The notes: generated by a model from the sequence alone, not told the origin. 64,000 nt of DNA from a bacterium (GCA_963674965.2 CAXXFL010000005.1:736001-800000), one strand, 5' to 3'; shown: positions 28,087 to 37,617, numbered from the stretch's first letter. Made by a program: numbers and translations.

Positions 28087-28875
28087 ATGTACGCTGGAAT
28101 AGACATCGGGTCTCTCACGGCCGAGGCCCTGCTGATAGGGGACGGCGGCATTGTCGGGCATGAGATAATGTCGGTCTTGCCCAACCCGGTTGACTCGGCG
28201 CGGGAGGTAATGGGCCGTCTGCTTAAAGGCAAGGGCCTTGACTGGAAGGACATTGAATATTCGGTCAGCACGGGCTACGGCCGGGAAAAAATCCAGAAGG
28301 AGGGGCTGGCCCAGGAGAACCTCTCCGAGATATCCTGCCACGGCTTCGGGGCCTTCAACCTGGACCGCCAGGTGAGAACGATCGTCGACATCGGGGGCCA
28401 GGACGCCAAGGTGATCAAGGTGGACGGGAAGGGCAAGCTCGAGAACTTCGTCATGAACGACAAGTGCGCCGCCGGCACGGGCCATTTTCTCGAGGCCATG
28501 AGCAGGGCTCTGGACGTGGGTCTCGCCGAGCTCGGCCCGCTGGCCCTGAGGTCGAAAAAGCCCCTCGAGATGAGCAACCGCTGCACCATCTACGTCGAGA
28601 CCGAGGTGATCCATTATCTGCAACGCGGGGCGGCCCGGGAGGACGTGGCGGCGGGCATCACCCAGGCCATGGCCGAGCGGGTGGTGTCCCTGGCCAAGCG
28701 GGTTGTCCCCCAGAACCGGGTGATGATCACTGGAGGAGTGGCCAAGAACGAGGCGGTGAAAAAGGCGCTCGAGCGGGCCCTGGGCATGGCCATAGTCTAT
28801 CCGGGCCTTGATCCCCAGCTTATCGGGGCTTACGGCGCGGCCGTTTTCGCTCGCGGGAAGGGAGGCGGGTCATGA
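28087..28875 (+). CDS. Acyl-CoA dehydratase activase (ASKHA ATPase, HgdC/BcrAD family)
   Basis: GIDIGS, TGYGR, EISCH, DIGGQDAK, MNDKCAAGTG, CT, TGGVAKN. Confidence 0.92.
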   Translation: MYAGIDIGSLTAEALLIGDGGIVGHEIMSVLPNPVDSAREVMGRLLKGKGLDWKDIEYSVSTGYGREKIQKEGLAQENLSEISCHGFGAFNLDRQVRTIVDIGGQDAKVIKVDGKGKLENFVMNDKCAAGTGHFLEAMSRALDVGLAELGPLALRSKKPLEMSNRCTIYVETEVIHYLQRGAAREDVAAGITQAMAERVVSLAKRVVPQNRVMITGGVAKNEAVKKALERALGMAIVYPGLDPQLIGAYGAAVFARGKGGGS

Positions 28876-29642
28876 TCACCCTTGGCCTCGATATCGGAAG
28901 CCTTTTCTCCAAGGCCGTCGTGCTCGACGGCGACGACATAATCGGCGAGAGGATGATTCCCACCACCGGCAACGTGGCCCGCGAAATCCCGACCCTCATG
29001 GCGGACGCGATCAAGGCCGCTGGACTTACTCGGGACCGGATCGAGTGCGTGGGCGCCACGGGCAACGGCCAGGACCTGGTCAAAGGCGCCGATTTTCGGG
29101 AGGACGTGGTGAACTGCGTGGGCGCGGCCGCCGGGTTCTACGTGCCCCAAGCCGCGTCAGTGATCGACGTGGGCGGCCAGAGTATAACCTCGATCGCCCT
29201 GGACGAGGACGGTGAGGTGGTGAATTTCATGCGCAACGACAAATGCGCCTCCGGCTCGGGCCGGTTCCTCGAGATGATGGCGGCCAAGCTGGGCGTCGGC
29301 ATCGGGGAAATCGACGCCGCCGTCCGCCGGTCCTCCCGGGTGGTCGGGATCAGCAGCCAGTGCGGGGTCTTCGCCGAGAGCGAGGTCATAACCCACGTGA
29401 ACAACGGCGAGGACAAAAACGACGTCATGGCCGGCGTCTGCGCGTCGGTGGCCAAGATGGTGAGCGCCCAGGGAAGGCGGTTCGGCTCGTCCGGCGTCTA
29501 TACCGTCACCGGCGGCGTGGCCAACCTGGACGCCGTGACCCGGATCGTGCATGAAAAGCTGGGCGGCGAGTTCCAGCGCTTCCCCTTTAATCCCCAGTTC
29601 GCCGCGGCCATCGGTGCGGCCCTGTTGGGCGACGCGGACTGA
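28872..29642 (+). CDS. Second, divergent activase ATPase subunit
   Basis: GLDIGS, DVGGQSIT, RNDKCASGSG, QCGVFAES, TGGVA. Confidence 0.88.
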   Translation: MITLGLDIGSLFSKAVVLDGDDIIGERMIPTTGNVAREIPTLMADAIKAAGLTRDRIECVGATGNGQDLVKGADFREDVVNCVGAAAGFYVPQAASVIDVGGQSITSIALDEDGEVVNFMRNDKCASGSGRFLEMMAAKLGVGIGEIDAAVRRSSRVVGISSQCGVFAESEVITHVNNGEDKNDVMAGVCASVAKMVSAQGRRFGSSGVYTVTGGVANLDAVTRIVHEKLGGEFQRFPFNPQFAAAIGAALLGDAD

Positions 29643-29643
29643 G

Positions 29644-30357
29644 ATGGGTCTTTTCGACTCTCCCTTTTCACGGGTCCGGGACTTCATCCGGGAAAAAGAG
29701 GGGTCCGGCGAGCTAGTCCGACTTGAAATGGACGGCCGTCGCTCATGGCCCCGCGGCCAGGAACTGATCCTCGAGGACGAGACCGCCCTCGAATTGGGCC
29801 ATCCCGAAAAAGGGTCACTTTTTTTCCTCGCCTGGACGGAGAACGCCTCGGGTGAGGATGAAGTCATGCTGGTGGGACCGGACCTGCAAAAGATACCGGA
29901 CCGAAGCGCTCCCTTTGCCCTGGCCGTCCTCGTGAGCGGGCAATTCGAGGACGAGTACGACTGCTTCCGCGACCTGCGGGACGAGGTCTTCGATACCAGG
30001 CTGAGGGGCATGGCCTCGCGGGTCATGCCCAGCAGGCAAACCATATGGACGAGGGTCAAGCGGGACGCCCTGGAAAATGGAATGTCCCTTGCCCACCTTG
30101 GCGCGGCCATCATTGACAATCTCAGGGATTTCGAGTTCGTAAGCCGCGTCCAAACGCTGTTCGTTACCTCGGCCAAGGAGGACGTGGAGAAACTGGCGCC
30201 GGCGGCCCTCGAGTCGGACCGCATAGCCCGGGCCATGATCAAGATGACCGAGGAAATGAGCTACGACTGCGAGTCCTGCGAGTTTAGCGACGTATGTGAA
30301 GACGTGGCCGAACTGAAGCGCATACGCGCCAGGCTTGGAAAAGAGGGGCCGGCGTGA
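29644..30357 (+). CDS. Truncated acetyl-CoA synthase (AcsB/CdhC) middle-domain-like protein with C-terminal CxxCx5C
   Basis: ELG..., DEV.LVGPDL, PFA..VLVSG, IWTRV.RDALE.G.SL.HLG, VSRVQ..FVT, DCESCEFSDVC. Start ATG 29644. Confidence 0.7.
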   Translation: MGLFDSPFSRVRDFIREKEGSGELVRLEMDGRRSWPRGQELILEDETALELGHPEKGSLFFLAWTENASGEDEVMLVGPDLQKIPDRSAPFALAVLVSGQFEDEYDCFRDLRDEVFDTRLRGMASRVMPSRQTIWTRVKRDALENGMSLAHLGAAIIDNLRDFEFVSRVQTLFVTSAKEDVEKLAPAALESDRIARAMIKMTEEMSYDCESCEFSDVCEDVAELKRIRARLGKEGPA

Positions 30358-31109
30358 GGCGGACGGTGGTGGGCGTCTGCGGCAAGGGCGGCGTGGGCAA
30401 GACCACGGTCTCGGCCATTCTTGCCGCCGAGCTGGGACGGCGAAAGGAATACAAGTCGCTCGTGATCGACGCGGACCACGCGGCGGGACTTACCATGGCC
30501 CTGGCTTTAAATCCGGAGAGCACCATCAACCGGGCGCGCTCCGAGACCATCGCCGAGATCAAAGAGAAGCGGATGGACAAGAGCGAGTTGGCCATGGGTC
30601 TTGATTATCTTCTTTCCCGGGCCTTGGCCGAGCGGGACAACCTGGCGTTCCTTTCTCTGGGCCGCCCGGAGGAGGTGGGGTGTTATTGCTCGGTCAACTC
30701 ACTATTGCGGGAGGCCATCGAGGTCCTGGCCGGGGGTTTCGACTACGTGCTCATTGACGCCGAGGCCGGCATCGAGCAGGTCAACAGGAAGGTCATGAAG
30801 TCGGTAGATTACCTCCTTCTGGTTTCCGATTCCTCGGCCAAGGCGGTGCGGGTGGCCGAGACCATCCGGGAGGTGGCCGCCGGGACCGCGGGCCAGGGGA
30901 GGGCCGGGCTCCTGATCAACCGGATTAAGGACGAAAGCGAAGTCGCGGAGATTGCCGGGACCACTCGCCTCGAGGTGATCGGGTGGGTCCCCGAGGACGA
31001 GACGGTCAGGCGCCACGATTTCAAAAACCTTTCCTTTTTCGACCTGCCTTCCTGTCCGGCCTCCGAGGCGGTCATAGGCGCTCTAACCGGGGCGGGAGTA
31101 CTGGACTGA
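30354..31109 (+). CDS. cooC: CooC/AcsF-type nickel-insertion ATPase
   Basis: GKGGVGKTT, IDAD, GCYC.VN, DAEAGIEQ. Confidence 0.85.
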   Translation: MRRTVVGVCGKGGVGKTTVSAILAAELGRRKEYKSLVIDADHAAGLTMALALNPESTINRARSETIAEIKEKRMDKSELAMGLDYLLSRALAERDNLAFLSLGRPEEVGCYCSVNSLLREAIEVLAGGFDYVLIDAEAGIEQVNRKVMKSVDYLLLVSDSSAKAVRVAETIREVAAGTAGQGRAGLLINRIKDESEVAEIAGTTRLEVIGWVPEDETVRRHDFKNLSFFDLPSCPASEAVIGALTGAGVLD

Positions 31110-31125
31110 AGCGGACACGACTTTA

Positions 31126-32310
31126 TTATCCGATCCTGCCGTTTTCCGCCGGGCCGTAGAGGTTTTCGAACTCGCGTCGGCGCCCGTCTTCATCGACGGC
31201 GAAGCCCTCCAGCCGTCCGCATTTCTGGTAATACTTGAAAGGAAGGGGAGCCAGGTTCACCATCTTGCCGCCCTCGGGCGTGAAGCGCGCCTCGAGGCGT
31301 CCCGAGTTTTCGCGAAGCGTCCATGGCTTGTCCGGCGACCTCGGATCGTGGTCCCATTTGACCGCGTCCAGGAAGGAAATCTTTCCGTCTATCCAGAGGC
31401 AGTTCTCGTTCCAATACTCCTGGTCCCGAGCGTAATAGTCCACGGCGTTAAAGGCGATGGACCTTCCCTCGAGGGTCTTGCCCTCGCCCGTTCCCCAGGT
31501 CCACCTTCTCGGAATGGGCCAGAAGGCCCTGAACTCATCGAGGATCGCGAAGCGCTCATCGGCCGAGTACTCGACCTCCTCGCCTCCCACCCGGACGCGG
31601 CCATCAATGCCCATGACCGTTTTATGCGTGTAGATGTAATGGCGCGGATACAAGGGCATGCTGACCACCAGGGGCTGGAAGCTCTTCAGGTCCTGTTTGA
31701 GCTCGAGATCCATCTGCAGGGAGGGTTTGTTTTTCCCCGCGGGCATTTCGATATTTATCCGGTGGAGTCCATGGTCCAGGTCGTGAATGAACTCCAGGTG
31801 GAAGTTCTTTTGGGAGGAGTAGGTGCGGCCGTTCCACAGGGTCTCGGGAACGCCCGAGTTGCTCGAGTTTCCAACCGCGTCGTACGAGAAGTTATCGCCC
31901 GAGTCCATATCCAGGGCGTAGACGCTCGAGACGGACGCGGCCTTCAGGTCCATCATAATCATACCGAAGTACCATCTGGGGTGGGCAAAGCCGAAGCCGA
32001 CCCACTCCTGGAGACGGGGCCCTCCCCACCAGCGGCGCGGACCGCCCTTGAAGAGGTTAGCCTCAAGCAGGTTCACCTTCCGGCAGGGCTCGCGGAAGAG
32101 CCCGAGCCTGAGACGTCCGCCGGTCGATATCTCGGAGGGGGCGTCCTCGAGGGCGCGGGGGCCGTCCGGGTACCAGGGCGGCTTAACGTACAGGTCGTCA
32201 AAGCCCTCCCACTCGTTCGCGCCAAGGGACCGGGAAGGCGGGCAAAGGGTTGCCGCCGACAATGCTCCCCCCTCGATGACCGCCCTTCTTCTATCTATTT
32301 GCCTGGTCAA
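31126..32310 (-). CDS. DUF2804 family protein with possible Tat signal
   Basis: YTHK, D..R.FWP....WTWG, NENCLWIDG, PW......GRL...FTP; N-terminal DRRRAVI. Confidence 0.7.
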   Translation of the reverse strand: MTRQIDRRRAVIEGGALSAATLCPPSRSLGANEWEGFDDLYVKPPWYPDGPRALEDAPSEISTGGRLRLGLFREPCRKVNLLEANLFKGGPRRWWGGPRLQEWVGFGFAHPRWYFGMIMMDLKAASVSSVYALDMDSGDNFSYDAVGNSSNSGVPETLWNGRTYSSQKNFHLEFIHDLDHGLHRINIEMPAGKNKPSLQMDLELKQDLKSFQPLVVSMPLYPRHYIYTHKTVMGIDGRVRVGGEEVEYSADERFAILDEFRAFWPIPRRWTWGTGEGKTLEGRSIAFNAVDYYARDQEYWNENCLWIDGKISFLDAVKWDHDPRSPDKPWTLRENSGRLEARFTPEGGKMVNLAPLPFKYYQKCGRLEGFAVDEDGRRREFENLYGPAENGRIG

Positions 32311-32313
32311 TTT

Positions 32314-33177
32314 TCATTCCTCTCTTCCATCCTCGTTATGACCGGTATTTTTATGGTTCGAGCGTCCAATCCACCGTCCGGGCGCTCGGTAGGCGTCCCT
32401 GGCGAAGAGGGCCGCTCCCAGGGCGCCGATGAGCTGGGGGTCCATGGGTAGGGGCTTGAACCTCGTTTCCAACTCCTTCTCCAGAAGCTCGACCATGGCC
32501 CGGTTCTTACTCACGCCGCCCGTCATGCAGACTTTTTCCCTTACCCCCACCCTGCCGGTAAGGGCCTTGATCCTTTTGACCAGCGATTGATGCACTCCGG
32601 CGGCCACGTGCTTTTTCTTCTTGCCCGAGTAGATAAGCTGAGTCACCTCGACCTCGGCGAAAATGGTGCATTGCGAGCTGAGGACAAGGGGCCGTCGCGA
32701 CTTCCGGGCCAGGTCGCCGAGCTCCGATACCTCGATGCCCAGGGTGCGGGCCATCATCTCGAGGAACCTGCCCGTGCCGGCGGCGCACTTGTCGTTCATG
32801 GCGAAGTCCTCGAGGGAGCCGTCGCTATCCACCCGGATGACCTTGCAGTCCTGTCCTCCCACGTCGATGATGGTGCGGACGTCAGGCGCCAGGCTATGGG
32901 CGCCTCTCCCGTGACATGATATCTCCGAGACGTTGCGGCGGGAAAAGGGAATCGAGTCCCTGCCGTAGCCCGTGGAGAAGCAAAGAGTGACGGCGTCCTC
33001 CATAAGGTTGGCCCGGGCCAGGGCCTTGTGGAAGACCTCGCGGGCCGACTGCTCGGCCCGGGGACGGACCCGGATGATCTCTCCCGCCAGCGAGGCTCCG
33101 CTCTCGTCGATAAGCGCGCACTCGGCGGTAAGGGACCCCACGTCGATCCCGGCGAATATGGGCGATGACTGGCTCAA
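32314..33177 (-). CDS. Third acyl-CoA dehydratase activase
   Basis: GIDVGS, TGYGR, EISCH, DVGGQDCK, MNDKCAAGTG, CTIFAE, TGGV.KN. Confidence 0.9.
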   Translation of the reverse strand: MSQSSPIFAGIDVGSLTAECALIDESGASLAGEIIRVRPRAEQSAREVFHKALARANLMEDAVTLCFSTGYGRDSIPFSRRNVSEISCHGRGAHSLAPDVRTIIDVGGQDCKVIRVDSDGSLEDFAMNDKCAAGTGRFLEMMARTLGIEVSELGDLARKSRRPLVLSSQCTIFAEVEVTQLIYSGKKKKHVAAGVHQSLVKRIKALTGRVGVREKVCMTGGVSKNRAMVELLEKELETRFKPLPMDPQLIGALGAALFARDAYRAPGRWIGRSNHKNTGHNEDGREE

Positions 33178-33277
33178 GCGAGTACCCGCGCCGCGACATA
33201 TTATCGCGAGCTATTGTAAAGTATAATCCGGGGGCCGGTGGAGCGGCAAATTAGGAGGGAGTCGGTGGAGGTCCGGC

Positions 33278-33763
33278 TCAGTCGTCGCCTCTCGATATCG
33301 AGACGTCAAGCCCTCTTTTTTCGGCGAAGCTCACGAGCGCGTCGTGATGGGCGTGGTCGAATTTCTGCAGGTTCTTTACCAGGACGGAAAGCTCCGGGTT
33401 GGACTTTTCGAGGACGGTGCGGTAAAGGGACTCGGCGGCGCTGATCTCGAAAAACACCGCCGCCTGCAGTGCCCCTTCCAGACCATAACAGTCGCTCTCG
33501 ATGAGGATTTTATCGCCGTGAACCAGGAGTTGTATGATCTCGTTCAGGTCGGCTTCCACGTCCTTGTATTGTTTTCTGTCCTTGACGATCACGCGGAGCT
33601 GGAACTGGACCATCTCGAGATGGGCCGCCTCTTCGCGGGCCATGCCCCGGAAAAAAGCGGCCGCTTCCCGGTCGTCCCCGGCGCACCCGGCGAAGGCCTC
33701 GTATATCTTCATCATTTTCATCTCGATTTGTTCGAGATAGTTTAAAATCGTAAGCACGTTCAA
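33278..33763 (-). CDS. Ferritin-like / rubrerythrin family protein
   Basis: E......Y, MAREEAAH, second E, DxxH. Confidence 0.7.
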   Translation of the reverse strand: MNVLTILNYLEQIEMKMMKIYEAFAGCAGDDREAAAFFRGMAREEAAHLEMVQFQLRVIVKDRKQYKDVEADLNEIIQLLVHGDKILIESDCYGLEGALQAAVFFEISAAESLYRTVLEKSNPELSVLVKNLQKFDHAHHDALVSFAEKRGLDVSISRGDD

Positions 33764-34030
33764 TATGGTATCTCCTCGCGAACAAGGATGAGGATAGAAT
33801 GTATGGGCCGTCTTTACAATGGCGGGGCCTGATTTTCCAATCTCAAGGTATCGCGTCGGGCATGTTTTTTTCGAAAATTCTTCTCGCCCGATTGGCCGCG
33901 AGAAACGATTTGGGCTAAAATAGCATCTAACTATCCGCTATGGTTTCAAATTCCATGGCGTTAAATCCGGGACCTTCCGGCGCGTTCGTTATTATTCTGC
34001 ATCGGTTCCGGTTTTAAACTGGGGGAGGTA

Positions 34031-35530
34031 ATGGACGGCGAAGACACGGCCGCCCGGGCCGAGGAGATATCCGCCGAGGAAGCGCGCCGACTGGCGAGCC
34101 TGAAAAAGGACTGGCTCGCCGGGCTGGAGATGCGGGAAAAAAACCGCGTTCTTTTCGAGTTGGAGATACTTCTCAAGGGCATGGATCGCTTTTTCAACGT
34201 TTCCAATTTGCCCCTTACCAACATGGAGAAGGTAATCACCTTCAATTTCGTGGACGAGCTCGAGATAGTCCTTAAATTCGTGGACCGGGTGGTCGAGCTG
34301 TCCGGGCTTTTACTCGAGGCCAGCCGGCGCGAGGACTACCAGTTCCGGCAATACGTCGAGACCAGGCTTCTTCGGGATTACGAGCGCTCGCGCTGGCTGC
34401 AGACGGCCCTTTCCCAGCGGAGCCCCGAGGACAGCCTGTTCGTCCTTTACTCGACCTTTTTGAACCTTCGGGAGATCGTCCGGGGAATGATCGGCCTCAA
34501 GTCCGTCTCTTACACCCTTTTCTTTAACGTGGGCAACCTCATCACCAGGGAGATGATATCCAACAGGTTCTTCAGTCCCTCCCGCATGATCGAGTTCAAG
34601 CCCGAGTACGACAAGATGGCCAACCGCCGGATAGGCCACGTCATCCGCTCGATAGGAGACCCGGACCTGACCCGGCTGGCGTCGATCGTGGTGCTGGCCT
34701 TCAACCGGCTTCTTCAGTATCTCGAGTTCATTGACCCCCGCGCCGAGACGGTCGAGACCCTTAAAAGCTCGCTGCTTTTTTTCGCCCTTATCCATTCGGA
34801 GAGCAAGTATCTTATCGAGTACCTTGACAACTCCCTTCCCTTGGAGATCAAATCTTCATCCCACCGGCTGGCCGGCAAGTTCGCCGAGACCTGCGACTCC
34901 CTCAGCTTCCAGCTTCAAATGGAACTGAGGAAAATCCACTCGGGCGAGCTTATGAACCTCAGCAAGGACAGGAAGTTTTCCTCGGTCAAGACGGCGGTCG
35001 AGAACAGCCACGGTATCCTTAAAAACTTTTTGCAGCAAAGCATCATCCATCTTCTCAAGACTTTCGACGAGGCCCTCGAGGGGGAGTCCATATATCCGGA
35101 GTTCGTCTCGCGCAAGAAGCAGAGTTTAAAGCTTCGCGAGGACCTGGCCGTGTTATGCTCGCTTATGGAAAAGTACGAGGAAATAATCGAGACCACCGAG
35201 GCGGGCATGAACCTGGAAACTTACCAGCAATACCTGGAGTTGCAAAAGGGATGGATCGGACGCATGCGAGGCAAATCCATACCCCTTATGCGCCACCAGG
35301 ACCTGGTCGAGTACGAGAAATATTTCCGCTACGTGGAGGACCTGAAACTGGACGACCTTCACCTGATGGACAAGCTGGACGGCTTCAAGATGGAGTCGAA
35401 GTTTTTCAAGATACTGGTCGAGACCACCCTGGGCCAGATCAACAACCGGACCGACCTGCGCGAGGACCCTCTCGACGAGGACCGGGTCGAGGCGGTCCTG
35501 AAAAAATTCATCGGCGAGCGGACAACATAG
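34031..35530 (+). CDS. Hypothetical all-helical protein
   Basis: 499-aa ORF with GGAGG RBS and host-like codon usage; no recognised motif. Confidence 0.8.
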   Translation: MDGEDTAARAEEISAEEARRLASLKKDWLAGLEMREKNRVLFELEILLKGMDRFFNVSNLPLTNMEKVITFNFVDELEIVLKFVDRVVELSGLLLEASRREDYQFRQYVETRLLRDYERSRWLQTALSQRSPEDSLFVLYSTFLNLREIVRGMIGLKSVSYTLFFNVGNLITREMISNRFFSPSRMIEFKPEYDKMANRRIGHVIRSIGDPDLTRLASIVVLAFNRLLQYLEFIDPRAETVETLKSSLLFFALIHSESKYLIEYLDNSLPLEIKSSSHRLAGKFAETCDSLSFQLQMELRKIHSGELMNLSKDRKFSSVKTAVENSHGILKNFLQQSIIHLLKTFDEALEGESIYPEFVSRKKQSLKLREDLAVLCSLMEKYEEIIETTEAGMNLETYQQYLELQKGWIGRMRGKSIPLMRHQDLVEYEKYFRYVEDLKLDDLHLMDKLDGFKMESKFFKILVETTLGQINNRTDLREDPLDEDRVEAVLKKFIGERTT

Positions 35531-35600
35531 CGTTGTAATCACCTGCCGGTCCTAGCCGGGCCGGCGGCGGGGGATCGTTCGACTTTTGATGGGAGGAGTA

Positions 35601-36890
35601 ATGCATAAACGTTCGGAGGAGCTTTTCGAGCGGGCGAGTTCGATATTGGTTGGAGGGGTCAACAGTCCCGTGCGCGCTTTCCGGGGGGTGGGCGGCTCCC
35701 CCGTGTTCATGTCCAGGGGAGGAGGCAGCCACGTCGAGGACGAGGACGGCAACTCCTACGTGGATTACGTTTTATCTTGGGGCCCGCTGATTCTCGGCCA
35801 CGCCCATCCGGCGGTGGTCGACGCGGTTATCGGGGCCGTTCGGGCGGGCTCGAGCTTCGGGGCTCCCACCCTGCGCGAGATAGAGCTGGCGGAGATGGTA
35901 AGGAGCTATTACCCCTCCCTGGAAAAGCTTCGTTTCGTCAGTTCGGGCACGGAGGCCTGCATGGGGGCGGTCCGGGCGGCGAGGGGCTTCACGGGTCGGG
36001 ATAAGATCATCAAGTTCGAGGGATGTTATCACGGCCACGCCGATTACCTTCTGGCCAAGGCCGGTTCGGGGGCCACGACGCTTGGCCGGCCCGACTCGAG
36101 GGGAGTGCCCGCCTCCTTTACCGAGCACACGATTATCGTTCCCTATAACGACGTCAAGGCGGTCGAGCGCGCCTTTGCCGAGCACGGGCCGGACCTGGCC
36201 GCGGTCATCGTCGAGCCGGTGGCGGGAAACATGGGGCTTATACTTCCCGAGCCGGGGTTTTTGGACTCACTGCGCAACCTTTGCACGCATTTCGACTCGG
36301 TGCTTATTTTCGACGAGGTATTAGTGGGTTTCAGGATAAAGGACGGGGCGCAAGGTCACTATAAAGTGAGGCCCGACCTTACCTGCCTGGGCAAGGTCAT
36401 CGGTGGAGGTTTTCCCGTCGGCTGTTATGGGGGTAAAAAGGAAATCATGAGCCGCGTGGCGCCCGAGGGTCCGGTGTACCAGGCGGGAACTCTTTCCGGC
36501 AATCCCGTCGCCATGGCCGCCGGATTGGCCACCCTCGAGGAACTTGGCAAAGAAGGCGTATTTGGAGACCTCGAGAACCGCACTCGGTCACTGGTGGCGG
36601 CCCTGCGAAAAGAAGCGGAGAGTCTCGGGGAGTCGGTCTCGATAGTAAGCGTTGGGAGCCTCTTTTGCGTATTCTTCGCGGACAAGGCCCCGATAAATTA
36701 CGGCGAGGCCACGGGAACGGACTCCCAGCGCTACGGGCGCTTTTTCCACTCCATGCTGAAAAGGGGCATATACCTGGCCCCGTCGGCATTCGAGTCCGCC
36801 TTTATGAGCACGGCCCATTCATACAAGGACATAGATAAAACGGCGCGGGCCTTCAGGGAGTCCCTGCAAGAAAGCGCCGGCGGGAAATGA
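35601..36890 (+). CDS. hemL: Glutamate-1-semialdehyde 2,1-aminomutase
   Basis: GGVNSPVRAF, SSGTEA, FEGCYHGH, FDEV..GFR, LGKVIGGG, YQAGTLSGNP. Confidence 0.97.
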   Translation: MHKRSEELFERASSILVGGVNSPVRAFRGVGGSPVFMSRGGGSHVEDEDGNSYVDYVLSWGPLILGHAHPAVVDAVIGAVRAGSSFGAPTLREIELAEMVRSYYPSLEKLRFVSSGTEACMGAVRAARGFTGRDKIIKFEGCYHGHADYLLAKAGSGATTLGRPDSRGVPASFTEHTIIVPYNDVKAVERAFAEHGPDLAAVIVEPVAGNMGLILPEPGFLDSLRNLCTHFDSVLIFDEVLVGFRIKDGAQGHYKVRPDLTCLGKVIGGGFPVGCYGGKKEIMSRVAPEGPVYQAGTLSGNPVAMAAGLATLEELGKEGVFGDLENRTRSLVAALRKEAESLGESVSIVSVGSLFCVFFADKAPINYGEATGTDSQRYGRFFHSMLKRGIYLAPSAFESAFMSTAHSYKDIDKTARAFRESLQESAGGK

Positions 36891-36892
36891 AA

Positions 36893-36921
36893 AAGCCCGG
36901 CGATGAGGTCGCGCCGGGCTT
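36893..36921. terminator. Terminator hairpin between convergent genes
   Basis: AAGCCCGGCG-loop-CGCCGGGCTT. Confidence 0.65.
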
Positions 36922-36940
36922 GAGCAACGCAAGGTAGAGT

Positions 36941-37474
36941 CTATTTTCGATATTCCTTGACCCATTCGGGCCATTCGCTTTTGGGTATCCCGATCGACCA
37001 GGCGGCGTCCTGCAGGGCATAAGCCGTTTCCTTGATTGTCCTGCCCGCCCCCATTATCGCGCTGGGTTTGTTCTCTCCTCTTTCCGCGTATAATTCCTCC
37101 GCGAATACGGCCTCCTTGGCCTCGATAACCTTTTTGAAAACCTTTTCCATGTCCTTTACCGCGGTTTTGTAGGGGTCTTTTTCAGCGTAATCCAACCCGT
37201 TTAGTTCATCAATATAATTTTGCCACTTCTCCGTTAGTTCCAGACGCTGCAACCATTCGTAATCCGCCGGTAAATTGCTGAATTTTGAAAGTTTTTCATG
37301 CCGATCCTTCATTTCGATTCCCACGTCCTCGGCGATGGCGAACCAGGCCTCCTCGAAAGGCGCCATATTGGCCAGTATTTCCGGGTCCGAGGACCGTTGG
37401 GGACTTTTGTCGCAGCCAAGAGTTAAGCTCAAGGAGACGAGCAAAAATACGGATAAAACGACGCTTTTCTTCAT
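36941..37474 (-). CDS. Hypothetical lipoprotein
   Basis: MKKSVVL...TLGC lipobox; GGAGGAG RBS before ATG 37474. Confidence 0.7.
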   Translation of the reverse strand: MKKSVVLSVFLLVSLSLTLGCDKSPQRSSDPEILANMAPFEEAWFAIAEDVGIEMKDRHEKLSKFSNLPADYEWLQRLELTEKWQNYIDELNGLDYAEKDPYKTAVKDMEKVFKKVIEAKEAVFAEELYAERGENKPSAIMGAGRTIKETAYALQDAAWSIGIPKSEWPEWVKEYRK

Positions 37475-37617
37475 GGTCTTTCTCCTCCAATCGTGCAGGG
37501 GTTTGCAAAAGGCCTTATTGGCTCTCATTGAGAGCACAACATACTAAATGACGCAAGATAAATCAACGCCTTTTTGCGGATTTTCTTGTAAGGTCATTGC
37601 CCGGGGAACAAAACGCT

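Noticed and set aside
25498-31109. Wood-Ljungdahl pathway locus or a definite benzoyl-CoA reductase
   Set aside because: There is no CODH, corrinoid or methyltransferase gene, the ACS-like protein is truncated, and no ring-cleavage genes are nearby.
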